DNA of 64,000 nucleotides from positions 271,443 through 335,442 of the forward strand of contig JBAOHO010000013.1 of NCBI GenBank assembly GCA_037045355.1, read 5' to 3'. The stretch comes from Candidatus Nanopelagicales bacterium. GTDB taxonomy: Bacteria; Actinomycetota; Actinomycetes; S36-B12; GCA-2699445. Under the pieces are notes generated by a model. The model was given only the letters and a program-made list of their open reading frames with translations, did not search any database and was not told the origin of the DNA. Position numbers and translations under genes: made by a program. Positions within the stretch are counted from its first letter, which is position 1; every line of letters starts with the position of its first letter. Shown here in pieces: positions 50,372 through 61,569 of the stretch.

Positions 50372-50653
50372 GTGGGCGCCATGAGTATCGGACCCACCGA
50401 CACCCCAGGCCTGGGCGACACGCTGCTCGCCGAGCCCGAGACCCGCACGACTGACGGCGGCGACCATGACCGCTTCGCCCACTACGTGCCCAAGGACAAG
50501 ATCGTCGAGAGCGCGGTCACCGGCGAGCCAGTGCGGGCACTGTGCGGCAAGATCTGGACCCCAGGACGCGATCCCTCGAAGTACCCGGTTTGCCCCGACT
50601 GCCAGCGCATCTACGAAGGGCTGCCTCCCGGCGGTGACGACTCGGACTCATAG
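50372..50653 (+). CDS. DUF3039-family protein
   Basis: HDRFAHYVPKDKI...ALCGKIWTPGRDPSKYPVCPDC. Confidence 0.75.
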   Translation: MGAMSIGPTDTPGLGDTLLAEPETRTTDGGDHDRFAHYVPKDKIVESAVTGEPVRALCGKIWTPGRDPSKYPVCPDCQRIYEGLPPGGDDSDS

Positions 50654-50861
50654 GTCGCGGGACTCATAGGTCAGGACTCATCGGCGCGACTCCGGATGCG
50701 GTCATGTTGAGCCGTCTCGTCGGGCGATTCATCAGTGTTGTGTCGCATTCCTCCTCCGATTCCGAACCAATCGCCGAATCGGCGTGCCAGGTGCTTTCCT
50801 GAGGCCCCCCGATCTGTGCAAGGTGGGACAGGGAAGTCCGCGATCGTGAAGGGTGGTATCG

Positions 50862-51506
50862 ATGCCTGCCGAGACCAGCCAGACGCTGGACCGCGGCCTG
50901 CGCGTCCTCGAGGTGCTATCCGACAATCCGGCCGGCATGACAGTGACGGAGTTGGCGAACGCCTTGGGCGTGTCGCGCACGATCGTCTACCGGCTCGTCG
51001 TCACGCTCGAGTTGCACGGGTTCCTGCGTCGCGCCCATGACGGACGTTGTCGGCTGGGCGTTGCGGCGCTGTCGCTCGCGCGTCAGATCCAACCGATGGT
51101 CCGCGATGCCGCCGTGCCATCGCTGCGGCGACTGGCCGAGCAGGTCAACGCCACCGCTCACCTCACCCTGGTCGACGGCTCCGAGGCGCTGGCCGTTGCA
51201 GTCGTCGAGCCAGCTCGTTCGGATTTGCACGGCACTTTCCGGGTCGGCGCGCGCACTCCACTCGACCGAGGTGTCGCTGGTCGTGCCGCGATCGCCACGC
51301 GTGCCTCAGGGCGCCCGCTGGAACCCGGCTGGGTGATTTCGGGTGGCGATCCCGCGCACGGTGGCTACGCGGTGGCTGCCCCCTTGATCGGCGTGGTCGG
51401 CTTCGAGGCCTCGGTCGGAGTCGTGTCCATGACGGAACTCGACACCGCGGTCGTCGGTCCGAAGGTGGTCGCAGCGTCCAACGACATCGCCCGCGCCTTG
51501 CGCTGA
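50862..51506 (+). CDS. IclR-family transcriptional regulator
   Basis: LDRGLRVLEVL...MTVTELANALGVSRTIVYRLV wHTH followed by an effector domain. Confidence 0.8.
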   Translation: MPAETSQTLDRGLRVLEVLSDNPAGMTVTELANALGVSRTIVYRLVVTLELHGFLRRAHDGRCRLGVAALSLARQIQPMVRDAAVPSLRRLAEQVNATAHLTLVDGSEALAVAVVEPARSDLHGTFRVGARTPLDRGVAGRAAIATRASGRPLEPGWVISGGDPAHGGYAVAAPLIGVVGFEASVGVVSMTELDTAVVGPKVVAASNDIARALR

Positions 51507-51570
51507 TCCCTGGGTTGACCCCGTGGGGCGTCCGCGAGCTGCAGGAGCATCTCGAAGTCCCGATGGGCTG

Positions 51571-52893
51571 TCAGCGGCAACCTGTGATGGCAGTGGCGAT
51601 CCGGTCCACGCCGGCCCTGGTGGCATCGATCGACGCCCATGAGGGCTTGTTGTTCACCACGATGGCGAAGGCCCTCAGTTTGCCGTCAGTGGAACTGGTG
51701 ATCCCGGACAGTGCCACCACGTCGCTCAGGGTTCCGGTCTTGGCCATGATCCGACCTGCCGCACATGACGTTGCGCGGTCTCGGAACCGGCTTCCCAGCG
51801 TGCCGGTCTTGCCGGCGATCGGATATGACGAAGTGCGAAATCCCGTGGCGAGCCGTGGATCTCTCGGGTCGACCGCGGCGCGGGTGATGCTCACCAGCGT
51901 CTTGGTGGTCACTCGATCGGCTCGTGACAGCCCGCTGCCGTCAGCGGGCGAGAAGGAACGCATGGCGATGTCCAGCTCCGCGAGTTCGTCCCGGACGGCC
52001 TGGGCCGCCGCTCCCGCAGTGGTGGCGGAACCCCGCGCCAATGCCACATGACGGATGACGTTCTCGGCGATCGAGTTGTCGGAGTAGGTGAGCATGGGGG
52101 AGAGAACTTCGGCCATCGTGTGTCCGGCGAAGCGGGCGATCTCCGTGGACCCTTGTCCGGCCGAACCACGTGAGGCGCCGGGGTCGACCGGGACGCCTTT
52201 GCTCTTGAGTCGTTTGCGGAAGAACTTGGCGGCGTCGGCCGAGGGATCCGCCACCGGTGCCAGGTCGCGCGTGAGCGCCGTGGGGCGCGAGGCGTAGGCC
52301 GTGTAGTAACTGGGCATCCACCCGCGAGGAGACTGCGGGGCAGCGAACAACGAATCGTCGTAAGTGACGTCGTACTTCTGGTCCCGGTCGCCCGACAATC
52401 GCTCGGCGACCCTTTGGGCGAGTTCGTCGAGATTCGCCGAACTCAACAGTGCGTCGCCGCCCCCGACCACAGTGATGGTGCCTTCGTCCTCGTTGAGGCG
52501 CACGACCGTCGGCATCAAATGGTCAGGTCCGACCGCGGAAAGCGCTGCCAACGCGGTCGCTGTCTTCTGTGTCGAAGCGGGGATCATCCCGACGTTGGAA
52601 CGGTGTGCGAACTCCACCGTTCCGGACGCCAGGTCTTCCACGCGGACCGAGACATTCGAACCCAATGCGTCCAGCCCGAGTCGGCGGTTGAGCCGCTTGC
52701 GCATGGTCGCCAGGTAGTCCTCGCTGGTGGTCGTGGCCGGCGCCTGAATGGAGGTCGGGATCGCGCCCGTGACCCCAGTGGGCCACGGTGGGACTCGCGT
52801 CGAGGTGGCGTTCGCTCCGGGCGTCGGCAGGGTCAGGACGAGGCCCACGGCCAGTGCCGTGACAGCCCCTTTCAGCGTTCGAGTGGTCGTCAT
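51571..52893 (-). CDS. dacB: D-alanyl-D-alanine carboxypeptidase/endopeptidase (PBP4, peptidase S13)
   Basis: STQK (SxxK), SDN (SxN), KTGT. The signal peptide begins at ATG 52893 (GTG 52914 is also possible). Confidence 0.85.
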   Translation of the reverse strand: MTTTRTLKGAVTALAVGLVLTLPTPGANATSTRVPPWPTGVTGAIPTSIQAPATTTSEDYLATMRKRLNRRLGLDALGSNVSVRVEDLASGTVEFAHRSNVGMIPASTQKTATALAALSAVGPDHLMPTVVRLNEDEGTITVVGGGDALLSSANLDELAQRVAERLSGDRDQKYDVTYDDSLFAAPQSPRGWMPSYYTAYASRPTALTRDLAPVADPSADAAKFFRKRLKSKGVPVDPGASRGSAGQGSTEIARFAGHTMAEVLSPMLTYSDNSIAENVIRHVALARGSATTAGAAAQAVRDELAELDIAMRSFSPADGSGLSRADRVTTKTLVSITRAAVDPRDPRLATGFRTSSYPIAGKTGTLGSRFRDRATSCAAGRIMAKTGTLSDVVALSGITSSTDGKLRAFAIVVNNKPSWASIDATRAGVDRIATAITGCR

Positions 52894-52973
52894 CTTCTGC
52901 GGGTGTGAGATCACGGTGGGAACCTACCCCTGGGTCGCCGGGCGTCTGGGCCAGAGTTGCATACGTTTCGTTA

Positions 52974-53090
52974 ATCGGAGGAATTGGCTCGGTATCCGGA
53001 GGCCTTGGCTCGGTATCCGGAGGCCTTGGCTCGGTATCCGGAGGCCTTGGCTCGGTATCCGGAGGCCTTGGCTCGGTATCCGGAGGGATC
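52974..53090. repeat. 21-bp tandem repeat, about 5.5 copies (ggctcggtatccggaggcctt)
   Basis: Units at 52986, 53007, 53028, 53049 and 53070, with a partial unit from 52974. Confidence 0.95.
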
Positions 53091-53150
53091 CGGCACCGTG
53101 TGCGGAACGTCTGACAGGCAGGTGAACGGCGAACTGGGGGAGAGAAGGCG

Positions 53151-53180
53151 GCCGGAAGGCGCCGGAAGGCGCCGGAAGGC
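53151..53180. repeat. 10-bp tandem repeat x3 (gccggaaggc)
   Basis: Direct reading. The array lies about 60 nt downstream of the 21-bp array. Confidence 0.9.
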
Positions 53181-53284
53181 GGCGAGATGGTGGGAAATGG
53201 TGCCATTTGTCCTGGTAACGGACATTTTGGATGTGCTGCGAGCCGATGAGACACGCGGCCACGCAGGTGAGTGAGGATAGACGG

Positions 53285-54553
53285 ATGCAGCGAACTAAGA
53301 GTCGACGGCGCCACGTCGCCGCCCTGGTCCTGGCCACTGCTGTCGCCTTGGTCACGGGCATGACCGGGTCCGTCGCCGGCGCCGCAGAGAAGTCCCGCGC
53401 CGTCAGCGGCTGGTTCGGCTACTGGACTTCGCCTCAGGACATGATCGAGATCGCCCAGGGCAGCAACGGTGTGCTCGGCGAGGTCAACATCTTCTGGTGG
53501 AGCTACCACGGCAGCGACAACCCCGTGTGCACCACAACACTCTCCTGCCCGTCCCCGTCCGCGACACCGTGGGCCTCTCAGGCGCTGCTCAAGTCGGCTC
53601 GTGGTCTGCAGGCCCAAGGCATCGAGGTCTACGCCACCCACACCGATCTCGACGGCGCGCGCGCGGGCAGTCTGTCGGGTTACCTGGCCAAGAAGGCCAA
53701 CCGGCGCGCCATCGCGGACAAGCTCACGGATTGGGCGGTCAAGTCCGGCGTCGACGGCGTCGACCTCGACTGGGAGAACTTCGCGTTCAACGACGGCAGC
53801 AGCTCCTGGGCCACGACGCGACCTCGGCTGACCAACGCCGTGAAAATCCTCGGCAAGCGCCTGCATGCGCAGGGCTTGAAACTCTCCGTCACCGTGCCCG
53901 GTGGCTACAAACCGTTCCTCAGCGACGGCAGTCCCAACCCGGGCGGCGGTTACACCGTGTACGACTGGGCTGCCCTGGCCCCTCACGTCGACCGATTGCG
54001 GCTGATGACCTACGACTACTCGTGGGATCGCCCTGGCCCCATCGGTCCGCACGGTTGGACTCGCGATGTGGCTCGGAGCGCCGTTGCCCAGGTCGGCCAG
54101 GAGAACGCCGCCAAGATCTACATCGGACTGCACCAGTACGGCAAGGCCTGGTACGACCGCGACGACAGTGACGACTACATCACCATTGGCCAGTGTGACC
54201 CCCGGTGGCAGCCGGATGGGCAGGATGGGGTCTCGCTGACTCCCGACGAAGCGATCGAGTTGGCGCAGGACAAGGGCGTCACCCGGCGCTTCGACAAGCC
54301 GTCGAAGGAATGGACCTTCACGTACACGAAGACCGAGGCCGGTCATTGGACCAACGACAAGGGCAAGCGGCGCACCGCTGAGTGTGAGGTCCAAAAGGTC
54401 GTCTGGTACGGCGGCACGCGCACCGGAGTCGGCCGGATGAAGATCGTGCGGCAGACCAAGATCGGTGGCATCGCGATCTGGAATCTCGCCAGCCTCGACG
54501 CTGGATTCTTCCCGGCGCTGAAACCCTTCGTGTCGGCGCAGAACAAGCGCTAG
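53285..54553 (+). CDS. secreted glycoside hydrolase family 18 protein
   Basis: ATG at 53285 with signal peptide. DGVDLDWE catalytic motif (DxxDxDxE). Confidence 0.8.
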   Translation: MQRTKSRRRHVAALVLATAVALVTGMTGSVAGAAEKSRAVSGWFGYWTSPQDMIEIAQGSNGVLGEVNIFWWSYHGSDNPVCTTTLSCPSPSATPWASQALLKSARGLQAQGIEVYATHTDLDGARAGSLSGYLAKKANRRAIADKLTDWAVKSGVDGVDLDWENFAFNDGSSSWATTRPRLTNAVKILGKRLHAQGLKLSVTVPGGYKPFLSDGSPNPGGGYTVYDWAALAPHVDRLRLMTYDYSWDRPGPIGPHGWTRDVARSAVAQVGQENAAKIYIGLHQYGKAWYDRDDSDDYITIGQCDPRWQPDGQDGVSLTPDEAIELAQDKGVTRRFDKPSKEWTFTYTKTEAGHWTNDKGKRRTAECEVQKVVWYGGTRTGVGRMKIVRQTKIGGIAIWNLASLDAGFFPALKPFVSAQNKR

Positions 54554-54628
54554 CCCTCAGGGGGCCCAGTCAACCCCCCCGGCATCCAGTCAGCGTCGCG
54601 TTGCGAACGCTCATGGCACCATTGGGCC

Positions 54629-54913
54629 GTGACCGCTGTCCCGGAAGTTGTCGAGCAGGCCGACACCGAAGTCGTGCCCGACCGACCGTGGGTGACAGTC
54701 GTGTGGAACGACCCCGTCAACCTCATGGAATACGTCACTCACGTGTTCATGTCCTACTTCGGCTATGACCGGGACAAGGCAACCGCGCTGATGCTCGATG
54801 TCCACAACGAGGGCCGGGCCGCGGTGAGCAATGGTTCGCGCGAAGAGATGGAGCGAGACGTCGAGGCCATGCATGGGTACGGACTGTGGGCCACCCTGGT
54901 CAAAGACGACTAG
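54629..54913 (+). CDS. clpS: ATP-dependent Clp protease adaptor ClpS
   Basis: [23 protein letters not shown]...[10 protein letters not shown]. Confidence 0.9.
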   Translation: MTAVPEVVEQADTEVVPDRPWVTVVWNDPVNLMEYVTHVFMSYFGYDRDKATALMLDVHNEGRAAVSNGSREEMERDVEAMHGYGLWATLVKDD

Positions 54914-54994
54914 GGGCGTCAGCGAGCTCGGCGCACGAACGATGCGAGACGCGACAAACGACACGCGACAAAGAGACAGGCGCGAAAGGAAGAC

Positions 54995-55568
54995 ATGGTG
55001 TTCGGCACCCGGCGGGGATTCGTGTCCGGAAGACGCGGTCTGCAACTGAGACTGGAGGGAAACGAGGCAGCAGTGCTGGCTGAGTTGCTGACCCAGTTGG
55101 AGGCGATGGTCGAACCGGTCGAGCCCGACGGATCCCACCCCCTAGAGGAGCTTGCTGCGCACTTCGGAACCACAGCGACCGGACGACCCAGCCCTGCTCA
55201 GGCTGTTCCCCGACGGCTACCTGGACGACCCGGAGGCAGCCGGTGAGTTTCGACGCTTCACCGAGCGGGGCCTGCGAGAGCAAAAGCACGGACGGCTCAC
55301 GACTGCCACTGAACTGTTGAGCACCATCCCCAGCGGTGACCAAGTGCACGATGTTGCGGTCTCCCCCGACCAGGCGGAGGCATTCCTGGGGGTCCTCAAC
55401 GATCTACGACTGGTGTTGGGGGTACGGCTCGGGATCGTGTCCGACGACCAGGATGTGACCGAAGACTGGGCTGACGACGATCCCCGGGTCGCGACCTTCG
55501 CGGCGTACCAGTGGCTTACCTGGCTGCAGGCCAGTTTGCTCGATGTCATGGCCACAGGCAGGCGCTGA
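54995..55568 (+). pseudogene. DUF2017-family protein, +1 frameshifted
   Basis: The N-terminal part lies in ORF 54995-55246 (EAAVLAELL). The conserved DDPALLRLFPDGYLDD...YQWLTWLQ part lies in ORF 55152-55568. A join is possible at acc g gac (about 55181). Confidence 0.7.
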
Positions 55569-55985
55569 TGCTTCGTATCGATCAGGAGATCGCCGACCGG
55601 ATCATCGCCCACGCCCGAGCCGACCATCCGGACGAGGCGTGCGGAGTGGTGGCCGGCCCGGTGGGAAGTGACCGACCCGAGCGTTTCGTTCCCATGCTCA
55701 ACGCCGCCCGGTCACCCACGTTCTACGAGTTCGACTCGATGGACTTGCTGCGTCTTTACCGGGACATGGACGACCGCGGTGAGGAACCAGTGGTCATCTA
55801 CCACTCGCATACGGCCACCGAAGCCTTTCCGTCACGCACCGACATCTCCTACGCCTCGGAACCCCATGCACACTACGTCCTGGTCTCGACCCGTGAGACG
55901 GGATCGGAGGCCGGGTCCGGCGGAGTTCCGTTCGTTTCGGATCATCGACGGGAACGTCACGGAGGAGCCTGTCGAGTTCATCTGA
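55568..55985 (+). pseudogene. mec: JAMM/MPN+ metalloprotease Mec, +1 frameshifted near the 3' end
   Basis: ATG at 55568 (TGATG overlap with the upstream gene). EACG and HSHTATEAFPSRTD JAMM motifs. The conserved C-terminus EFRSFRIIDGNVTEEPVEFI is in the next frame, with the join near 55922. Confidence 0.75.
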
Positions 55986-56069
55986 CCGAAGGCCAGGGAA
56001 TCCGTCGGACCGACCCACTGTTGGAGCCGACGACAAGGAAGCGAGACGTACATGCGGTTGGCGGGCTGA

Positions 56070-57020
<951 letters not shown>

Positions 57021-57022
57021 GA

Positions 57023-57847
57023 ATGGACGCACCGATCGGCATCTTCGACTCCGGCGTGGGCGGTCTCACCGTGGCTCGGTCGGTGCTGGACCAGTTGCCA
57101 CACGAGCCCATCGTGTATGTGGGTGACACCGCTCGGGGTCCCTATGGCCCCCGGCCGCTCGCCCAGGTGCGTGAGTACGCGCTCGAGGTCATGGACCATC
57201 TGGTGGACGAGGGCGTCAAGATTCTGGTCATCGCCTGTAACTCCGCGTCCGCGGCGGTGCTGCGCGACGCCCGGGAGCGGTACCGGGTGCCGGTCGTCGA
57301 AGTGATCCAACCCGCCGTACGTCGGGCGGTCAGCGCCACCCGCAATCAGCGGGTGGGCGTCATCGGCACAACAGCAACGGTGACATCACAGGCCTATGAC
57401 GATGCCTTCGCGGCAGCGACGCATCTGCAGTTGTACTCCCAGGCGTGCCCATTGTTCGTCGAGTACGTCGAGGCGGGTGTGACCGGCGGCTCGGAGTTGC
57501 TCGATGTCACGCGGCAGTACCTGCAGCCTTTGCAGGAAGCAGACGTCGACACGCTGGTGCTCGGATGCACCCACTACCCGTTGCTCACCGGTGTGGTGTC
57601 GTACGTCATGGGCGACGCAGTGACCTTGGTCAGCAGCGCCGAGGAAACCGCGAAGGATGTCTACCGGGTACTCGCCGCCAACGACCTGCTGCGAGCCGAT
57701 TCGGAACCCGCTCCGGTGCACAGGTTCTTGGCGACCGGGGACCCGGAACCCTTCGAACGGCTCGGCCGTCGATTCCTCGGCCCGGAGATCGGTGACGTAG
57801 GTCATGCGCCCGTGGAAATGGAAGGCTCCCCGGCGCAGTTAGGGTGA
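57023..57847 (+). CDS. murI: glutamate racemase
   Basis: [28 protein letters not shown] at 57017 is an alternative start. Confidence 0.9.
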   Translation: MDAPIGIFDSGVGGLTVARSVLDQLPHEPIVYVGDTARGPYGPRPLAQVREYALEVMDHLVDEGVKILVIACNSASAAVLRDARERYRVPVVEVIQPAVRRAVSATRNQRVGVIGTTATVTSQAYDDAFAAATHLQLYSQACPLFVEYVEAGVTGGSELLDVTRQYLQPLQEADVDTLVLGCTHYPLLTGVVSYVMGDAVTLVSSAEETAKDVYRVLAANDLLRADSEPAPVHRFLATGDPEPFERLGRRFLGPEIGDVGHAPVEMEGSPAQLG

Positions 57848-57851
57848 TCTT

Positions 57852-58592
57852 GTGCACCTTACTGTCGTTGGATCCGCCGGGTCTTTCCCCGGTCCGGAAT
57901 CTCCGGCGTCGTGCTATCTCGTGGAACACGAGGGCACCACGATCGTCCTCGACATGGGCAATGGATCGCTCGGCCACCTGCAACGTTTCACCGACATCTA
58001 CGACATAGACGCGGTGGTCCTGAGCCATCTGCACGTCGACCATTTCATCGACGTCTGCTCGTATCACGTGGCACTGAGGTACCGCCCCGACGGCATCTCG
58101 CGGCGGATCCCGATATGGGGTCCGGCCGACACTCATCAGCGCCTGGTGGCTGCCTACGGTCTCAGGGATGGGGCCGACATGTCGGGGGAGTTGGACGTGC
58201 GCGCCATCCAACCTGAGTTCAGTGTGGGGCCGTTCACGATCACGACCCAGCGCATGACCCATCCCGTCGAGGCGTACGCCATCCGCGTGGACGCGGGCGG
58301 TCGTTCACTGACGTACTCCGGCGACACCGGGCCCAACGATCGGCTGCGCACGCTGGCGCGCGACACCGACTTGGCCCTCTTCGAGTCGTCCTTCGTCAGC
58401 GGCCCGGCCAACCCGCCCGACCTGCACATGACCGGCGCCGAAGCCGCCGAGATCGCCGACCGTGCCGGAGCGGCTGGACTGCTCGTGACCCATCTTGTGC
58501 CCTGGCATCCCCCCGAGCGGATCCACGCAGAGGCGGCCGCTGTGCGCCCGGATGCCCAGCTCGCGCACCCCGGACTCGTGGTGGGGATCTGA
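57852..58592 (+). CDS. MBL-fold metallo-hydrolase
   Basis: HLHVDH motif. Syntenic with Rv1339-type genes. Confidence 0.8.
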   Translation: MHLTVVGSAGSFPGPESPASCYLVEHEGTTIVLDMGNGSLGHLQRFTDIYDIDAVVLSHLHVDHFIDVCSYHVALRYRPDGISRRIPIWGPADTHQRLVAAYGLRDGADMSGELDVRAIQPEFSVGPFTITTQRMTHPVEAYAIRVDAGGRSLTYSGDTGPNDRLRTLARDTDLALFESSFVSGPANPPDLHMTGAEAAEIADRAGAAGLLVTHLVPWHPPERIHAEAAAVRPDAQLAHPGLVVGI

Positions 58593-58622
58593 GCCCTGCT
58601 CACTGTCGCCTACAGTGACCGG

Positions 58623-59351
58623 ATGAGTAGATCTGACGGTAGGGCCGATGACGAGTTGCGGCCTGTGACATTCCAGAGGTCCTGGTTGGACCACGCCGAG
58701 GGGTCAGCCCTGGTGTCCTTCGGTCGTACCCGGGTGCTGTGCGCGGCCAGCTTCGAACCCGGAGTGCCGCGCTGGCGCCGTGATTCCGGCGAAGGCTGGG
58801 TGACCGCCGAATACGCGATGCTGCCCCGCGCGACGAACACCCGAGGTGCCCGCGAATCCGTCCGCGGCAAGATCGGTGGACGCACCCACGAGATCTCCCG
58901 ACTCATCGGGCGCTCGCTGCGGGCAGTCATCGACTACCGCGCTCTGGGTGAGAACACCGTTCACATCGACTGCGACGTTCTCCAGGCTGATGGCGGCACA
59001 CGGACCGCGGCGATCACCGGTGCCTACGTGGCCCTTGCAGACGCCATCACGTGGGCCAAGAGCGAGGGGATCATCGTCCCCGGCGCGCAGGTACTGACCG
59101 ATTCGGTCGCAGCGGTCTCGGTCGGGATCGTCGGCGGTACTCCCCGGCTGGATCTTCACTACGACGATGACGTCAATGCGGACACGGACATGAACGTGGT
59201 GATCACGGGCGGAGGCAAGTTCGTGGAGGTGCAGGGAACGGCGGAGAAGGAGCCGTTCGACCGTGCGCTGCTGGACGAACTGCTGAACCTCGCCACCATC
59301 GGATGCGCTCAACTCACGAAGCGACAGGCCCAGGCACTGGCCGATGTCTGA
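58623..59351 (+). CDS. rph: ribonuclease PH
   Basis: [43 protein letters not shown]. Confidence 0.95.
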   Translation: MSRSDGRADDELRPVTFQRSWLDHAEGSALVSFGRTRVLCAASFEPGVPRWRRDSGEGWVTAEYAMLPRATNTRGARESVRGKIGGRTHEISRLIGRSLRAVIDYRALGENTVHIDCDVLQADGGTRTAAITGAYVALADAITWAKSEGIIVPGAQVLTDSVAAVSVGIVGGTPRLDLHYDDDVNADTDMNVVITGGGKFVEVQGTAEKEPFDRALLDELLNLATIGCAQLTKRQAQALADV

Positions 59352-59982
59352 ACGTCCACGCATCGTCCTGGCCTCCCGCAATCCGGGCAAGATCGCCGAA
59401 CTGCAGCGGATCCTGGCGTCCGCTGATCTCGACGTGGAGGTTGTGGGATCAGAGGCTTTCGCGGACCTGCCCGACATCCGGGAAACTGGCCAGACGTTCG
59501 CCGACAACGCCGCCCTCAAGGCAGAGACTGTCGGACGACATACAGGACTGATCGCCATCGCCGACGACTCGGGCCTTACTGTCGATGCGCTGAACGGAAT
59601 GCCCGGAATCCTCTCAGCCAGGTGGAGCGGCCGCGATCGAGATGATGATGCCAACGTGGACCTGGTTCTGGATCAGATGAGCGACGTCCCCGATGACCTC
59701 CGCACCGCTGCCTTCCGCTGTGCGGCCGCCGCGTTCCGCCCTGGAACCGAACCCCGCCTCGAGGTGCGCGAGGCGGAAGTCCGGGGAGTGCTGCTGCGCC
59801 AGCGCCGCGGAATCGGTGGCTTCGGATACGACCCGGTGTTCCTGCCCGATGGCCACGCGCTGACGACCGCAGAGATGGAACCGGCCGAGAAGGACGCGAT
59901 CAGTCATCGGGGACGCGCCCTGCGCGACCTCATTTCGGTCATCCGTCCCTGGTTCGGCCGACCTGGGGGCCGTGGTTGGTAG
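59344..59982 (+). CDS. rdgB: dITP/XTP pyrophosphatase (RdgB/HAM1)
   Basis: [32 protein letters not shown]. Confidence 0.9.
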   Translation: MSERPRIVLASRNPGKIAELQRILASADLDVEVVGSEAFADLPDIRETGQTFADNAALKAETVGRHTGLIAIADDSGLTVDALNGMPGILSARWSGRDRDDDANVDLVLDQMSDVPDDLRTAAFRCAAAAFRPGTEPRLEVREAEVRGVLLRQRRGIGGFGYDPVFLPDGHALTTAEMEPAEKDAISHRGRALRDLISVIRPWFGRPGGRGW

Positions 59983-59992
59983 CGTCGCGACC

Positions 59993-61393
59993 ATGGGCCA
60001 ACGGCTGGGTCGAACTGCGGTCTTTCCCGTCATGGGTTCCGCCTGCCTGGTGGCGGTGACACTGTTCGCTCCGGCGGCCCAGGCAGCGTCGGAGCCACGC
60101 CCGCCGGGTCACGGTGGTACATCTCGCCTGTGGTCGTTCCAGTCGGAATCCGCACCGCCGTCGGCACGGCAGCAGGCCCGTCGTGATCTTCTGCGGGGAC
60201 CGCTCACCGGAGGGCTGCGACCCGGGGGCCGCCAGAGCAACGAACCGTACGTGCCCCAGCAGGGCTGTTACGCCGGGGAACTGCCGGGAGTCGCGGCATT
60301 TCGGGAGCTGCTGTTGGCGACTTATCCGCGGCCTGAGGAGTCGCTGCACGTCTACAACATCACGCGCGGCTGCAACGTCGACGGGATCAGCGAGCATGAG
60401 GAGGGGCGGGCGCTGGACTTCGAGGCTCACACCAACCGTCCCCGAGAGGACGCCCAGGCGCGGCATCTGCTGCGGTGGCTGACCAAGAACGGCGGCTATC
60501 ACGCCAAGCGGTTCGGCCTGATGTACATCATCTACGACCGACACGTCTGGGGTGTCTACAACCAGAGTTGGCGGCGCATGTCCAACCGCGGCAGTGTCAC
60601 GGACAACCATCGGGATCATGTGCACTTCTCATTCACCTGGAACGGGGCGCTGCGGCGTACCGCGTATTGGACCGGCCGGACGCCACCGACCGACTTCGGT
60701 CCCTGCCCGAAGTGGCGAGGACACTTCGCCCCGGTAGCTCCCGAGCGGCTGCAGGGCAACCCCCGGCATCATCCGTGCGGCTCGCCGCGGCCGATTCCGG
60801 ATCGCTGGCGGTTCGGTCCGTCCGTCATGTACTGGCAGTCGGGCAAGCCGGTGCGATGGGTCCAGCAGTTCCTGACCGAAGAGGGGCAGTACACCGGACT
60901 CGTCAATGGCGAGTTCGGGTCGCTGACGTTCCAGGCGGTGCAGCGCTACCAGTGGGCGGTGGGCCTGCCGGGCACTGGGGTGTGGGATCCGGCCACCCAG
61001 AACAAGTCGAAACGAGCCGTCGGGGTCCGCACGCCGAGCGACATCGTGGTGGACCCACTGCCCACCACTGTTGCCCCGGATCAGGAGTTGGCGATCGCGG
61101 CCAGTGTCGGTGGTCGGTGGCCCGAACGACCGCGCTCCGTCAGGCTCGAACGGTTGGCCCAGTCAGGCCAGGTTGACCAGCCAGGTCAATCGGGGGAGTG
61201 GGAGATCGTCTCCACTGCCCTCAGCGAGCCAGGTGGCGCGGTGCTGTTCACAACTGCCGTTCCGGTGGGGGAGTGGTCGTACCGCGTGGTCGCCGAGCAG
61301 ACCAGTTACGCCAAGCGGGTCGTGTCAGAGCCCCAGCAAGTGTCGGTTGTCCCCGACTCGGTCACGCCCATTGACCCGTCGTCCACCCCCTGA
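59993..61393 (+). CDS. secreted LAS-type zinc peptidase with peptidoglycan-binding domain
   Basis: ATG at 59993 with signal peptide. SEHEEGRALD (Hx5D-type) and HRDHVHFSF. PG_binding_1-like segment (VRWVQQFL...NGEFGSLTFQAVQRYQWAVGLPGTG). Confidence 0.65.
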   Translation: MGQRLGRTAVFPVMGSACLVAVTLFAPAAQAASEPRPPGHGGTSRLWSFQSESAPPSARQQARRDLLRGPLTGGLRPGGRQSNEPYVPQQGCYAGELPGVAAFRELLLATYPRPEESLHVYNITRGCNVDGISEHEEGRALDFEAHTNRPREDAQARHLLRWLTKNGGYHAKRFGLMYIIYDRHVWGVYNQSWRRMSNRGSVTDNHRDHVHFSFTWNGALRRTAYWTGRTPPTDFGPCPKWRGHFAPVAPERLQGNPRHHPCGSPRPIPDRWRFGPSVMYWQSGKPVRWVQQFLTEEGQYTGLVNGEFGSLTFQAVQRYQWAVGLPGTGVWDPATQNKSKRAVGVRTPSDIVVDPLPTTVAPDQELAIAASVGGRWPERPRSVRLERLAQSGQVDQPGQSGEWEIVSTALSEPGGAVLFTTAVPVGEWSYRVVAEQTSYAKRVVSEPQQVSVVPDSVTPIDPSSTP

Positions 61394-61482
61394 CACCCGA
61401 CACCCGACACCCGACACCTGACACCTGACACCCGACACCCGACACCTGACACCTGACACCTGACACCTGACACCTGACACCT
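61392..61482. repeat. 7-bp tandem repeat x13 (gacacc[c/t])
   Basis: Units occur every 7 bp from 61392. The variant order is CCC TT CC TTTTTT. The array starts within the upstream stop codon. Confidence 0.95.
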
Positions 61483-61569
61483 GACGCAGCGCGCAGATCA
61501 CCCGGGCGCTCGTCGCGCGCTGATGCGATTGTTGTCCCGGCGCTGCTCATCCGTGAGCACGTGAGCATC

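Noticed and set aside
50636-50690. Irregular gactcat(a/c)gg repeats after the DUF3039 stop
   Set aside because: The spacing is uneven (about 13-16 nt) with only 3-4 short copies, which is too weak to call an array.
52523-54394. 623-codon minus-strand ORF
   Set aside because: It is antisense to the well-supported GH18 gene, has the Arg/Pro/Gly-rich composition typical of wrong-frame ORFs in high-GC DNA, and includes translated 21-bp repeat sequence.
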